The notes under the pieces: generated by a model
What the model was told of the DNA's origin: nothing
The model's input: the letters and a program-made list of their open reading frames with translations, nothing else
Databases searched by the model: none
From: Candidatus Rokuibacteriota bacterium
GTDB lineage: Bacteria > Methylomirabilota > Methylomirabilia > Rokubacteriales > CSP1-6
Reading direction: 5' to 3'
Assembly (NCBI GenBank): GCA_016209635.1
Contig: JACQWC010000130.1
Location: 1 to 60,030, forward strand
DNA length: 60,030 nt
Program-made: the position numbers and the translations under genes
In this document: piece after piece, positions 1 to 7,768 of the stretch
Layout: each line of letters starts with the position of its first letter
Numbering within the stretch: position 1 is the first letter of the stretch

Positions 1-290
1 ACCAGGTAGCGGGCGGCCGCCTCCGGCCGGAGCGCCTCGCCGCAGGAGAAGATGTCGACGGCCGCGTACCGGTACTCCGGCCAGGTGTGGACCGAAAGGT
101 GGGATTCGGCGATCACCACCACTCCGCTGATGCCGAACGGGTTGAACTCATGGAAGACGACGTCGACGATCGTGGCCTGGGCCCGCTTCGCGGCTTCGAC
201 CAGGGCGCCCTTCACGGCTTCGAGGTTGTTGATGGCGTCGGGATCGCAATCGAACAACTCCAGAAGCAGATGTCGTCCCAGCGCGTTCAA
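1..290 (-). CDS. speD: S-adenosylmethionine decarboxylase proenzyme (3' end outside window)
   Basis: Not in the ORF track. Manual translation from TTG 290 gives MNALGRHLLLELFDCD...FHEFNPFGISGVVVIAESHLSVHTWPEYRYAAVDIFSCG, containing the ES pyruvoyl cleavage motif. SD AAAGGAGG lies upstream. Confidence 0.95.
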   Translation of the reverse strand, partial: MNALGRHLLLELFDCDPDAINNLEAVKGALVEAAKRAQATIVDVVFHEFNPFGISGVVVIAESHLSVHTWPEYRYAAVDIFSCGEALRPEAAARYL

Positions 291-322
291 TCCACTGGCC
301 CTCCTTTGTCCGTTCCGGCCAT
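287..322 (-). CDS. Putative leader peptide (uORF) MAGTDKGGPVD upstream of speD
   Basis: AGGAGAGGTG-6 nt-ATG GCC GGA ACG GAC AAA GGA GGG CCA GTG GAT TGA. Its TGA overlaps the speD TTG (TTGA). Confidence 0.5.
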   Translation of the reverse strand: MAGTDKGGPVD

Positions 323-404
323 CTACCGCACCTCTCCTGCGACGCGTGTGCTCTGACGTCGCCGTTAACGGAGCGAAAAACTTCTCCGGCACGAAACTTG
401 ATTC

Positions 405-433
405 ACTGTAGGGGCCGGTGTGGGCGATTGCAA
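405..433 (-). promoter_or_regulatory. sigma70-type promoter for speD
   Basis: TTGCAA-17 nt-TACAGT on the minus strand. Confidence 0.65.
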
Positions 434-487
434 GAAAAAAACGCGGTTTGCGGCGAACTTCCCGCCGCCGCCGAGGCAAATTTTCGC

Positions 488-515
488 TTGCATTCGCTCG
501 TCGGGCCGGTAGAGT
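488..515 (+). promoter_or_regulatory. sigma70-type promoter for pdaD operon
   Basis: TTGCAT-16 nt-TAGAGT. Confidence 0.5.
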
Positions 516-576
516 GGCGGAAGAATTCCCGCCGGCGCGCGCCGGCACCGCGATGGGAGGCGAGAAGGAGGCGCGA

Positions 577-1056
577 ATGACCAGGACGGTCACGATGGCG
601 GCGGCGACCGCCGGGCACGCCGAGGGCGGGACGCATCTCAACGCCTTCGACAACGCGCTGCTCGCGGCGGGCATCGGCAACGTCAACCTCATCAAGGTCT
701 CCAGCATCATCCCTCCCGAGGTGTCCGTGGTCGAGCTCCCCAAGATCAAGCCGGGCGCCCTCGTCCCCACGGCCTGGGCGGAGGCGACCAGCGACGTCCC
801 GGGCGAGACCATCGCCGCGGCGGTGGGCTATGCCCTGCCGGACGACCCCACGAAGCCCGGGGTCATCATGGAATTCCACGGCCGGTCGACGCGGGCGGAC
901 GCCGAGCGGGCGATCCGCGCCATGCTGGACGAGGCGTTCCGGGTGCGTGGTGAGGCGATCCGCGAGATGCGCGTCTTCGCCGCCGAGCACACCGTCGAGC
1001 GCATCGGGTGCGCCGTGGCGGCCGTCACCCTGCTCGCGGAAGAGGATCTGGTCTAG
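577..1056 (+). CDS. pdaD: Pyruvoyl-dependent arginine decarboxylase
   Basis: LNAFDNALLAAGIGNVNLIKVSSIIPP motif (SS cleavage site); SD AAGGAGG before ATG 577. Confidence 0.9.
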   Translation: MTRTVTMAAATAGHAEGGTHLNAFDNALLAAGIGNVNLIKVSSIIPPEVSVVELPKIKPGALVPTAWAEATSDVPGETIAAAVGYALPDDPTKPGVIMEFHGRSTRADAERAIRAMLDEAFRVRGEAIREMRVFAAEHTVERIGCAVAAVTLLAEEDLV

Positions 1057-1083
1057 CCCGGGCAGCGACTCCGGGGGTCGGGC

Positions 1084-1950
1084 ATGCGGGAGGTTTCGCC
1101 CCGGTTCATCGCCTGCCACCGGCCTCTCTCCGACGCCCGGATCGTCCTCTACGGCGTCCCGTTCGAGGGGCGCGTCAATCTCCGGAAGGGCGCCGACGGC
1201 GGCCCCCGAGAGCTCCGGATCGCCTCCGACTCCATCGAGACCTACTCGCCGGCCCTCCGCCGGGACCTCGAAGACCTTCCCCTGGCCGACATCGGCGATT
1301 GCGTCCTGCCGGACGGCGTCCCGCCCCGGGAGCAGCTCGACGCCGCCCGCGACGAGATCCTGGCCTGGTGGCGCCCCGGGCTCCGCCCGTTCATGCTCGG
1401 CGGGGACCACACGGCGACGGTGGCCGTGATCGAGGCCCTGGCGCCCGCCTTCCCCGATCTCCGCATCCTCCAGCTCGACGCCCATCCCGACACGCGAGAG
1501 GAGTTCCTCGGCGAGCGCTACAGCTACGCCTCTGCCATGGCGCGGGTGATGGAGGTCGTGCCCGCCGGGCGCGTTTACCAGGTGGGGATGCGGACCGGCT
1601 CGCGCGAGGAGTGGGAGCGGGCCCGGCCGCACTTCCACCCGGCGCTCGCCGGCCACCCGCTCGACGTGGTCCGCCGACTCGTGCCGGAGCTCGGAGGCCA
1701 CCCGCTCTACGTGACCATCGACGTCGACGTCCTCGACCCGTCCGAAGCCCCGGGCACGGGCTCGCCCGAGCCCGGCGGCCTCCGGGTGCCCGAGCTGGTC
1801 GAGATCGTCCGGGCGCTCGCCCCGTGCCGGGTGATCGGCGGGGACCTGGTGGAAGTCGCCCAGGCGTGGGATCCGACGGGACGGACGGGGATCGCGGCCT
1901 CCTGGGTGATCCGCGAGGCGCTCCTCGCCTGGTGGGGTGACCTCCGGTGA
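1084..1950 (+). CDS. speB: Agmatinase
   Basis: Ureohydrolase motifs GGDHT, DAHPD, TIDVDVLDPSEAPGTGSPEPGG; follows arginine decarboxylase. Confidence 0.9.
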   Translation: MREVSPRFIACHRPLSDARIVLYGVPFEGRVNLRKGADGGPRELRIASDSIETYSPALRRDLEDLPLADIGDCVLPDGVPPREQLDAARDEILAWWRPGLRPFMLGGDHTATVAVIEALAPAFPDLRILQLDAHPDTREEFLGERYSYASAMARVMEVVPAGRVYQVGMRTGSREEWERARPHFHPALAGHPLDVVRRLVPELGGHPLYVTIDVDVLDPSEAPGTGSPEPGGLRVPELVEIVRALAPCRVIGGDLVEVAQAWDPTGRTGIAASWVIREALLAWWGDLR

Positions 1951-2714
1951 CGGCGCAGTACGGGGCGCCGCGGTTTTACGAGATCGCCTTCGACATGAAC
2001 CGGAAGGGCGAGGTCGATTTTCTCGTCCACTGCTTCCGCCGGTACGCGCGGCGCCCGGTCCGGCGTGTCCTCGACCTCGCGTGCGGGACCGGGCCACACC
2101 TCTGCCGGCTGGCGGAGCGCGGGTACGCGGTGACGGGCCTCGACCTCTCGCCCCGGAACATCACATTCCTCCGCGAGCGGCTCGCGGCGAAGGGGTACCG
2201 GGGCCGCCTCCTGGTGGGCGACATGACGGACTTCCGTCTGGGACGGCCGGTCGACGCGGCGATCTGCATGCAGGACTCCCAGGGGCACCTCCTCACGAAC
2301 GAGCAGCTCCTCGCCCACCTCCGGTGCGTCGCCCGCGCGCTCAAGCGGGGCGGCCTCTACGTCTTCGACCGGTACATGGCCTCCTCCTGGACCAACCCCG
2401 CGCGGAGCTGGTCCTGGTCGCGACGACGCGGCCGGCTGATCGTCCGCGCCTCCTTCTCGGCGCTGAACGACGTCGACCCGGTCACCCAGATCTTCCGGGA
2501 GCGGTTGACGCTCGAGGGGGTCGAGAACGGCGGTCGCCGCGTCTACCGCCAGAGCCATCTCTCTCGGATGGTCTTCCCCCAGGAGCTCCGGGCGCTCGTC
2601 GCGCTCGCCGGCGGGTTCGAGTTCGTCCAGTGGTTCTTCGGGTTCAAGCCGCATCAGGTGCTCGAGCGCTCCAGGCACCCGCTCCTCATGGTCGTGGTCC
2701 TGCGCAAGCGCTGA
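1947..2714 (+). CDS. Class I SAM-dependent methyltransferase
   Basis: VLDLACGTG, GLDLS, GDM motifs; GTGA overlap with speB. Confidence 0.85.
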   Translation: MTAQYGAPRFYEIAFDMNRKGEVDFLVHCFRRYARRPVRRVLDLACGTGPHLCRLAERGYAVTGLDLSPRNITFLRERLAAKGYRGRLLVGDMTDFRLGRPVDAAICMQDSQGHLLTNEQLLAHLRCVARALKRGGLYVFDRYMASSWTNPARSWSWSRRRGRLIVRASFSALNDVDPVTQIFRERLTLEGVENGGRRVYRQSHLSRMVFPQELRALVALAGGFEFVQWFFGFKPHQVLERSRHPLLMVVVLRKR

Positions 2715-3889
2715 GCACCACCGGGCCCGTGCTGAGGCTCAGGCGGGGACGCGAGTCACGGGCGCGCGTCCATCCCTGGATCTTCGAGGGCGATGTCGCC
2801 CAGGTGAGCGACGTCGAGCCCGGCGGCGCCGTGACGGTCGTCGACGCCGCGGGGCGCTTCGTCGGGCGCGGCTTCTACAATCCACGGCCGGCGCTCTGCT
2901 GCCGGATCGCGACCCGCGTGGACGAGCCCCTCGACGCGGGCTTCTTCCGCCGCCGGGTCGAGGCTGCCCTCGCCCGCCGGGCCCGCGGGGGCGAAGTGCC
3001 CGGGCTCGCCCGGCTGGTCTGGAGCGAGGCCGACGGACTCCCCGGCCTGGTCGTCGACCGGTACGGCGCGGTCCTCGTCGTCCAGTGCCTGACGCTCGGG
3101 ATGGCGCGCGCGCGGGCCGAGGTCGCCGGCGCCCTCCGGTCCTTCCTGGGGCCGCTCCCGGTCGCGAGCATGGACGAGGCGACGCCCGCGCGGCTCGAGG
3201 GATTCGAGCCCGCGCGCGGCTGGCTCGACGAGCCCGGGCCGGAGACGGTGATCGTCGAGGAAGGTGGGGTCAGGCTCGGGGTGCGCCCCGGCACCGGACA
3301 GAAGACCGGTCTCTACCTCGACCAGCGAGAGAACCGCGCGCGGGTGGGCGGACTCGCCCGCGGGCGTCAGGTGCTCGACGCGTTCTCCTATACCGCGGGC
3401 TTCGCCTGCCACGCGCTCCGGGCGGGCGCGGAGCGGGCGCTCTGCATCGAGTCGTCGTCCGAGGCCGTCGCCGGGGCCCGGGAGAACCTGGCGCTGAACG
3501 GCGTGGCCGAGCGCGCCCAGATCACCCAGGCGAACGCGTTCGACGAGCTCCGGCGCCTCGCGCGCAGCCGGGCTCGGTTCGGGCTCATCGTGCTCGACCC
3601 GCCCCCCTTCACCCGCGGACGCGGGGCGCGCGAGGCGGCCGCGCGGGGCTACAAGGAGATCAACCTCCGGGCGATGCGCCTCCTCGAGCCCCAGGGGATC
3701 CTCGCGACCTTCTCGTGCTCCCACCACGTCTCGGGGGAAGCCTTCGAGGAGATCTGCCGGGACGCCGCGGTCGACTCCGGCATGAGCCTCCGCGTCCTCG
3801 AGCATCTGACCCAGGCGAGCGACCACCCGGTGCTCCTCACCGTCCCCGAAACCCACTACCTCAAGGGATTGCTCCTCGAAGCCGTGTGA
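2711..3889 (+). CDS. rlmI: RlmI-like PUA-domain rRNA m5C methyltransferase (start approximate)
   Basis: HPWIF, SEADGLPGLVVDRY, GQKTGLYLDQRENR, LDPPPF, TFSCS, PETHYLKG. Confidence 0.85.
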   Translation: MSTTGPVLRLRRGRESRARVHPWIFEGDVAQVSDVEPGGAVTVVDAAGRFVGRGFYNPRPALCCRIATRVDEPLDAGFFRRRVEAALARRARGGEVPGLARLVWSEADGLPGLVVDRYGAVLVVQCLTLGMARARAEVAGALRSFLGPLPVASMDEATPARLEGFEPARGWLDEPGPETVIVEEGGVRLGVRPGTGQKTGLYLDQRENRARVGGLARGRQVLDAFSYTAGFACHALRAGAERALCIESSSEAVAGARENLALNGVAERAQITQANAFDELRRLARSRARFGLIVLDPPPFTRGRGAREAAARGYKEINLRAMRLLEPQGILATFSCSHHVSGEAFEEICRDAAVDSGMSLRVLEHLTQASDHPVLLTVPETHYLKGLLLEAV

Positions 3890-3936
3890 CCGGAGCGGGT
3901 TTCGCGGCCGCCTGTGAAACATGTTACTCTTGCGCC

Positions 3937-4221
3937 GTGAAGACCATCACCGTGCGAGATTTGCGCCAGCGCTGGCCGAGAGCCGAGGCGTTGCTCGAGC
4001 GCGAGAAGGAGATCATCGTCACCCGCGACGGGAAGCCGGTCGCCAAGCTCGTGCGCGTCCGCGAGGTCGAGCCGGTCCGCAAGCGCTTCGACCCCCGAGG
4101 GCATGCCCGGTGGCAGGCCAGGGTGAGTGGGCGGCGAACCGTCCGCTGGGTGGAGGAGTTCCTCATCGCCGACCGCCAGGCTCGCGAGGTCGGCGCTTCG
4201 CGTGCTGTACATCGACAGTAG
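3937..4221 (+). CDS. Phd/YefM family antitoxin
   Basis: MKTITVRDLRQRW...EIIVTRDGKPVAKLV; overlaps the downstream PIN gene. Confidence 0.8.
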   Translation: MKTITVRDLRQRWPRAEALLEREKEIIVTRDGKPVAKLVRVREVEPVRKRFDPRGHARWQARVSGRRTVRWVEEFLIADRQAREVGASRAVHRQ

Positions 4222-4651
4222 CGCGCTGCTCAAGCTCCTCTGGCAAGAGCCGGAGAGCGCCGCGGTACGCGACCACGTGGCGAGCGAGGATCTCGTCATC
4301 GTCTCCTCGCTGGCGGAACTGGAGACCCACGTCCAGCTGACGGCGGCCTGGCTCGCGGGCCGATACGGGAAGGCCGGGCGGGAACGCTTTCGTGCCAAGC
4401 TCGCAGAGTTCCGGACCACCGACCCGTTTCGATTTCGCCCGCTCCCCGGCAGCGTGTTCGAGACGGCCTTGCGGCAACAGGCAGGCGCCGGCCGGACTCA
4501 CTGCCGCACGCTCGACCGGCTTCACCTGGCCGCCATGACCGAACTCGACGTTGCCCGCCTGATGACCCACGATGCCGTTCAAGCTCGGGCGGCGCGGGCT
4601 CTGGGGTTCGAGGTGGTGAGTCCGGGGCGCCGGGCCGGACCCCGGAATTGA
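4202..4651 (+). CDS. vapC: PIN-domain VapC toxin
   Basis: MLYIDSSALLKL...EPES, ELE, RTLDRLHLAA, THD. Confidence 0.85.
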   Translation: MLYIDSSALLKLLWQEPESAAVRDHVASEDLVIVSSLAELETHVQLTAAWLAGRYGKAGRERFRAKLAEFRTTDPFRFRPLPGSVFETALRQQAGAGRTHCRTLDRLHLAAMTELDVARLMTHDAVQARAARALGFEVVSPGRRAGPRN

Positions 4652-4686
4652 GGCTCCGATCCCCCTAGCCTGGCGGGGGTTCTACG

Positions 4687-5739
4687 TCACCAGCGGCGCG
4701 TCTCGCCGTGCTTGAGGGTCCAGATACGGTCGGGGTCGAGGCCGAGCCGGCGCGCCCCGGCCTCGAGGCGTCGCGGCGGCTCGTCCACGGGCTCCTCGGC
4801 CAGATCGAAGGTCCCCCAGTGGATCCCGACGAACCGCTCCGCGCGGACGTCGGCGAAGACGCGCAGCGCCTCCTCGGGCGTGGTATGGGTCAGCCGCATG
4901 ATGGCGGCCGGCGCGTAGGCGCCGATCGAGATCGCCGCCAGGTCGAACGGTCCGAGGCGGGCCCCGATCTCCTTGAAGACCGGGTAGTAGCCCGTGTCGC
5001 CCGCGAAGAAGAGCCGCTTCCGGGCGCCGGCAACGGCCCACCCGCTCCAGAGCCGCCGGTTCGTCTCCCACGGCGTCCGGCCCGAGAAGTGCTGGGCGGG
5101 CACCGACGTCAGGGTGAGGCCCCGCGCCGACCGGCTCTCCCACCAGTCCAGCTCGACGACGTCGGTGATGCCCAGCTCGGCGAACCAGGCACGCAAGCCC
5201 AGGGGGACGAAGAACCGCGGCCGGTGCGTCTCGGCGAGCCGCCTCACGGTCGCGACGTCCAGGTGGTCGTAGTGGTCGTGGGAGATGAGGACGACGTGGA
5301 TCGGTGGCAGGTCCTCGAACGCGAGCCCCGGGGGCGTCACGCGGCGCGGGCCGGCGAAGAACAGCGGGCTGGCGCGGTTCGACCAGTGCGGGTCGGTGAG
5401 GAGGTTCACCCCGTCGAGCTGGACGAGGAGGGTCGCGTGGCCCACCCACGTCACGGTGGCCTCGCTCCGGTTCTCGCGGAGGGCCTGCCCGTCGTTCTGG
5501 ACGCGGGGAAGGTTCGCGACCTGCGGGCTCACCGTGGTCGACCAGACCCGCGCGACGAAGAATTTCGTCCGGGTCCACCAGTCCGGCCGGGCGAAATCGG
5601 GATTGGTGTTGGCGAACCCGCCCACGCGATGGTGGGCCGGCGCGCCGGGCTTCGGGGGACCGACGCCGGCGCACGCGGCGCAGAGGACGGCCGCGAGGAG
5701 GGCCGCCAGGCCCGCGCGAGGTCCCCGGGGAACGATCAA
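4687..5739 (-). CDS. MBL-fold metallo-hydrolase (NAPE-PLD/RomA-like), probable lipoprotein
   Basis: TWVGHAT, LTDP, ISHDHYDHLD, FAGDTGY, IHWGTF; lipobox-like N-terminus LCAAC; TTGA overlap with the kinase stop. Confidence 0.85.
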   Translation of the reverse strand: MIVPRGPRAGLAALLAAVLCAACAGVGPPKPGAPAHHRVGGFANTNPDFARPDWWTRTKFFVARVWSTTVSPQVANLPRVQNDGQALRENRSEATVTWVGHATLLVQLDGVNLLTDPHWSNRASPLFFAGPRRVTPPGLAFEDLPPIHVVLISHDHYDHLDVATVRRLAETHRPRFFVPLGLRAWFAELGITDVVELDWWESRSARGLTLTSVPAQHFSGRTPWETNRRLWSGWAVAGARKRLFFAGDTGYYPVFKEIGARLGPFDLAAISIGAYAPAAIMRLTHTTPEEALRVFADVRAERFVGIHWGTFDLAEEPVDEPPRRLEAGARRLGLDPDRIWTLKHGETRRW

Positions 5740-6998
5740 GCGGGGGGCTGTCCCAGCGGCAACTCGACGACGAACGCCGCCCCGCCCTCGGGCCGGTTCT
5801 CCGCGCGGAGACGGCCCCCGTGCTCGGCGATGATCCCGTAGGAGACCGAGAGGCCGAGCCCGCTCCCCTCCCCGGGCGGCTTCGTCGTGAAGAACGGATC
5901 GAACATGCGCGGAAGAACCTCGGGCGCGATCCCCGGCCCCGTGTCGAGGACCTCGATGCACGCGGCGCCGTCCGCCGCCCGGACGCGGACCGTCAGCACG
6001 CGCTCGCCCGGGTGGTTCGCCATCGCCTGGTGCGCGTTCTGAACGAGGTTCAGCAGGACCTGCTGGATCTGGTTCTCGTCGGCCCACACCGGGGGGCAGG
6101 CGCCGAACTCGGTGACCGCGCGCACCTTGTCCTGCTGGAGCTGGTAGCCCTTCAGCTCGAGCACCCGGCGGGCCTGGTCGGGGAGCGAGCAGAGCCGGCG
6201 CTCGGGCGGGTAACGCCGCGCGAACAGGAGCAGGTTCTGGACGATCCGCGCGGCGCGCGACGCCTCCTCGGCGACGAGCTGGAGGCGATCGTGGACGTTC
6301 GCCGCGAGGTCCGGGTAGGTCAGGAGGAGGTGGGCCTGGCCGAGAATCGTCGTGAGCGGGTTGTTGATCTCGTGCGCGACCCCCGACGCCAGCTCGCCAA
6401 CCGCCGAGAGCTTCTCCGCGTGGATGAGCTGCGCCTGGGCGAGCTTCAGCTCCTCGAGCTGCCGCCGCGTCTCGGAGTAGAGCCGCGCGTTGTCGAGCGC
6501 GATGCCGATCTGGTCGGCCGTCGCCTCCAGGAGGGCGATCTCGCGCTCGGAGAACCGCTGCTGGGTGCGCCGGCCGAGCGACAGCGTGCCGAGGATCCGG
6601 CCGCGGCTGTGGATCGGCACGCACACGAACCCGTGGATCCGCTCCCGCTGGACGACCGCCCGGGCCGGCGGGAAGAGGAAGGGCGACTCCGTCACCCGCG
6701 CGAGGTGGACCGTCTCGCCCGTGGCGGCGACCCGGCCGATGATCCCCTCGCCGACGGGCAGGACCATATTGACCTCGCGGAGCCGCGGCGAGAAGCCACG
6801 GTCACCCCGGAGGTGGAGCCGCGTGCCGTCGGGGGAGAGGAGATGGAGGCTCGAGATCTCGTGACCCGTGACGTGGGTGAGCGCTTCGACGGCGGTGCGC
6901 AGCACCTCGTCGACGTCGAGAGTGCGGCTCACGGCCTCGGCGACGGTGTGGAGGATCTGGAGGTGGGGCTCCATCCCCCGACCCTGGGAGTCGGTCAC
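5736..6998 (-). CDS. GAF-domain sensor histidine kinase
   Basis: GAF domain, then H-box GVAHEINNPL, N-box NLVQNA, DTGPG, FDPFFTTK, GSGLGL. Confidence 0.93.
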   Translation of the reverse strand: MTDSQGRGMEPHLQILHTVAEAVSRTLDVDEVLRTAVEALTHVTGHEISSLHLLSPDGTRLHLRGDRGFSPRLREVNMVLPVGEGIIGRVAATGETVHLARVTESPFLFPPARAVVQRERIHGFVCVPIHSRGRILGTLSLGRRTQQRFSEREIALLEATADQIGIALDNARLYSETRRQLEELKLAQAQLIHAEKLSAVGELASGVAHEINNPLTTILGQAHLLLTYPDLAANVHDRLQLVAEEASRAARIVQNLLLFARRYPPERRLCSLPDQARRVLELKGYQLQQDKVRAVTEFGACPPVWADENQIQQVLLNLVQNAHQAMANHPGERVLTVRVRAADGAACIEVLDTGPGIAPEVLPRMFDPFFTTKPPGEGSGLGLSVSYGIIAEHGGRLRAENRPEGGAAFVVELPLGQPPA

Positions 6999-7681
6999 CG
7001 GCCGCGCGCGAGCGTCCGGCGCGCGCCGCTGAGCGCCGCGTCGACGGCCTTGCGGCCGGCGCCGGCCAGATCACCGAGGTCCCCCGCGACGCTCGCCAGG
7101 AACTCGATCTCGGACAGGTGCTCGCCGGCCTGGGGCGCCCGTCCCGCGGCGGCGTCGCGCGCGGCGGCGAGGGCCGCCGACTCGAGCCGCGCGCCCGTCG
7201 AGGTCTTCCCCGGCTCGCCCATCGCGCGGGCGGCGCGAAAGACGGCGAGCACGAGGTCCTTCCACGGGTCCCCGCCCGTCGGCCCATCGGCGGGACCTTT
7301 GGCGGACGCGGCCGATTGCAGGAGCCCAGCGCTCACGGCGCGGTCGAGATACCCGAAGTCGAAAGGCTTCGGAACGTAGTCGAAGGCGCCGCTCTTCAGC
7401 GTTTCCCTGGCGAGGACGATGTCCTCGTTCGCCGTCACCATGATGACCGGAACGGTCGCGTCGATGGCGCGGATCCGCCGGAGCACCTCCATCCCGTCCA
7501 TGCCCGGCATCCGCATGTCGAGGAGCACCAGGTCGGGGCGCTGCCGCGCCACCACGGCGAGCGCGGCCGCGCCGTTCGGCGCGGTCTCCACCGCGTATCC
7601 CTGCGTGGTGAAGTACTCGCTCAGGATCTCGGCCACCGCGGCCTCGTCGTCGACGACGAGGATGCGTCCGAGCAGGGTCAC
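6995..7681 (-). CDS. Response regulator with atypical helical C-terminal domain
   Basis: ILVVDDE, LLDMRMPGMDG, VTA, PKPF. Confidence 0.88.
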   Translation of the reverse strand: MTLLGRILVVDDEAAVAEILSEYFTTQGYAVETAPNGAAALAVVARQRPDLVLLDMRMPGMDGMEVLRRIRAIDATVPVIMVTANEDIVLARETLKSGAFDYVPKPFDFGYLDRAVSAGLLQSAASAKGPADGPTGGDPWKDLVLAVFRAARAMGEPGKTSTGARLESAALAAARDAAAGRAPQAGEHLSEIEFLASVAGDLGDLAGAGRKAVDAALSGARRTLARGR

Positions 7682-7768
7682 GAGCGTGCGTCCGGGGGGA
7701 ACTCCATGAGCCGGTATTCTAACAGACTCGCTCGGTCGCTTCGGCCACGGCCGGGCCGGACTGCCTCG

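Noticed and set aside
287-322. Antizyme-like +1 frameshift from the uORF into speD
   Set aside because: speD is in the -1 frame relative to the uORF, has its own SD and TTG, and there is no slippery site; coupling or occlusion fits better.
1937-3889. Apparent large fusions in the ORF track (650, 645, 911 and 812 aa ORFs)
   Set aside because: The N-terminal extensions are off-frame reads through neighbouring genes; the real starts are downstream.
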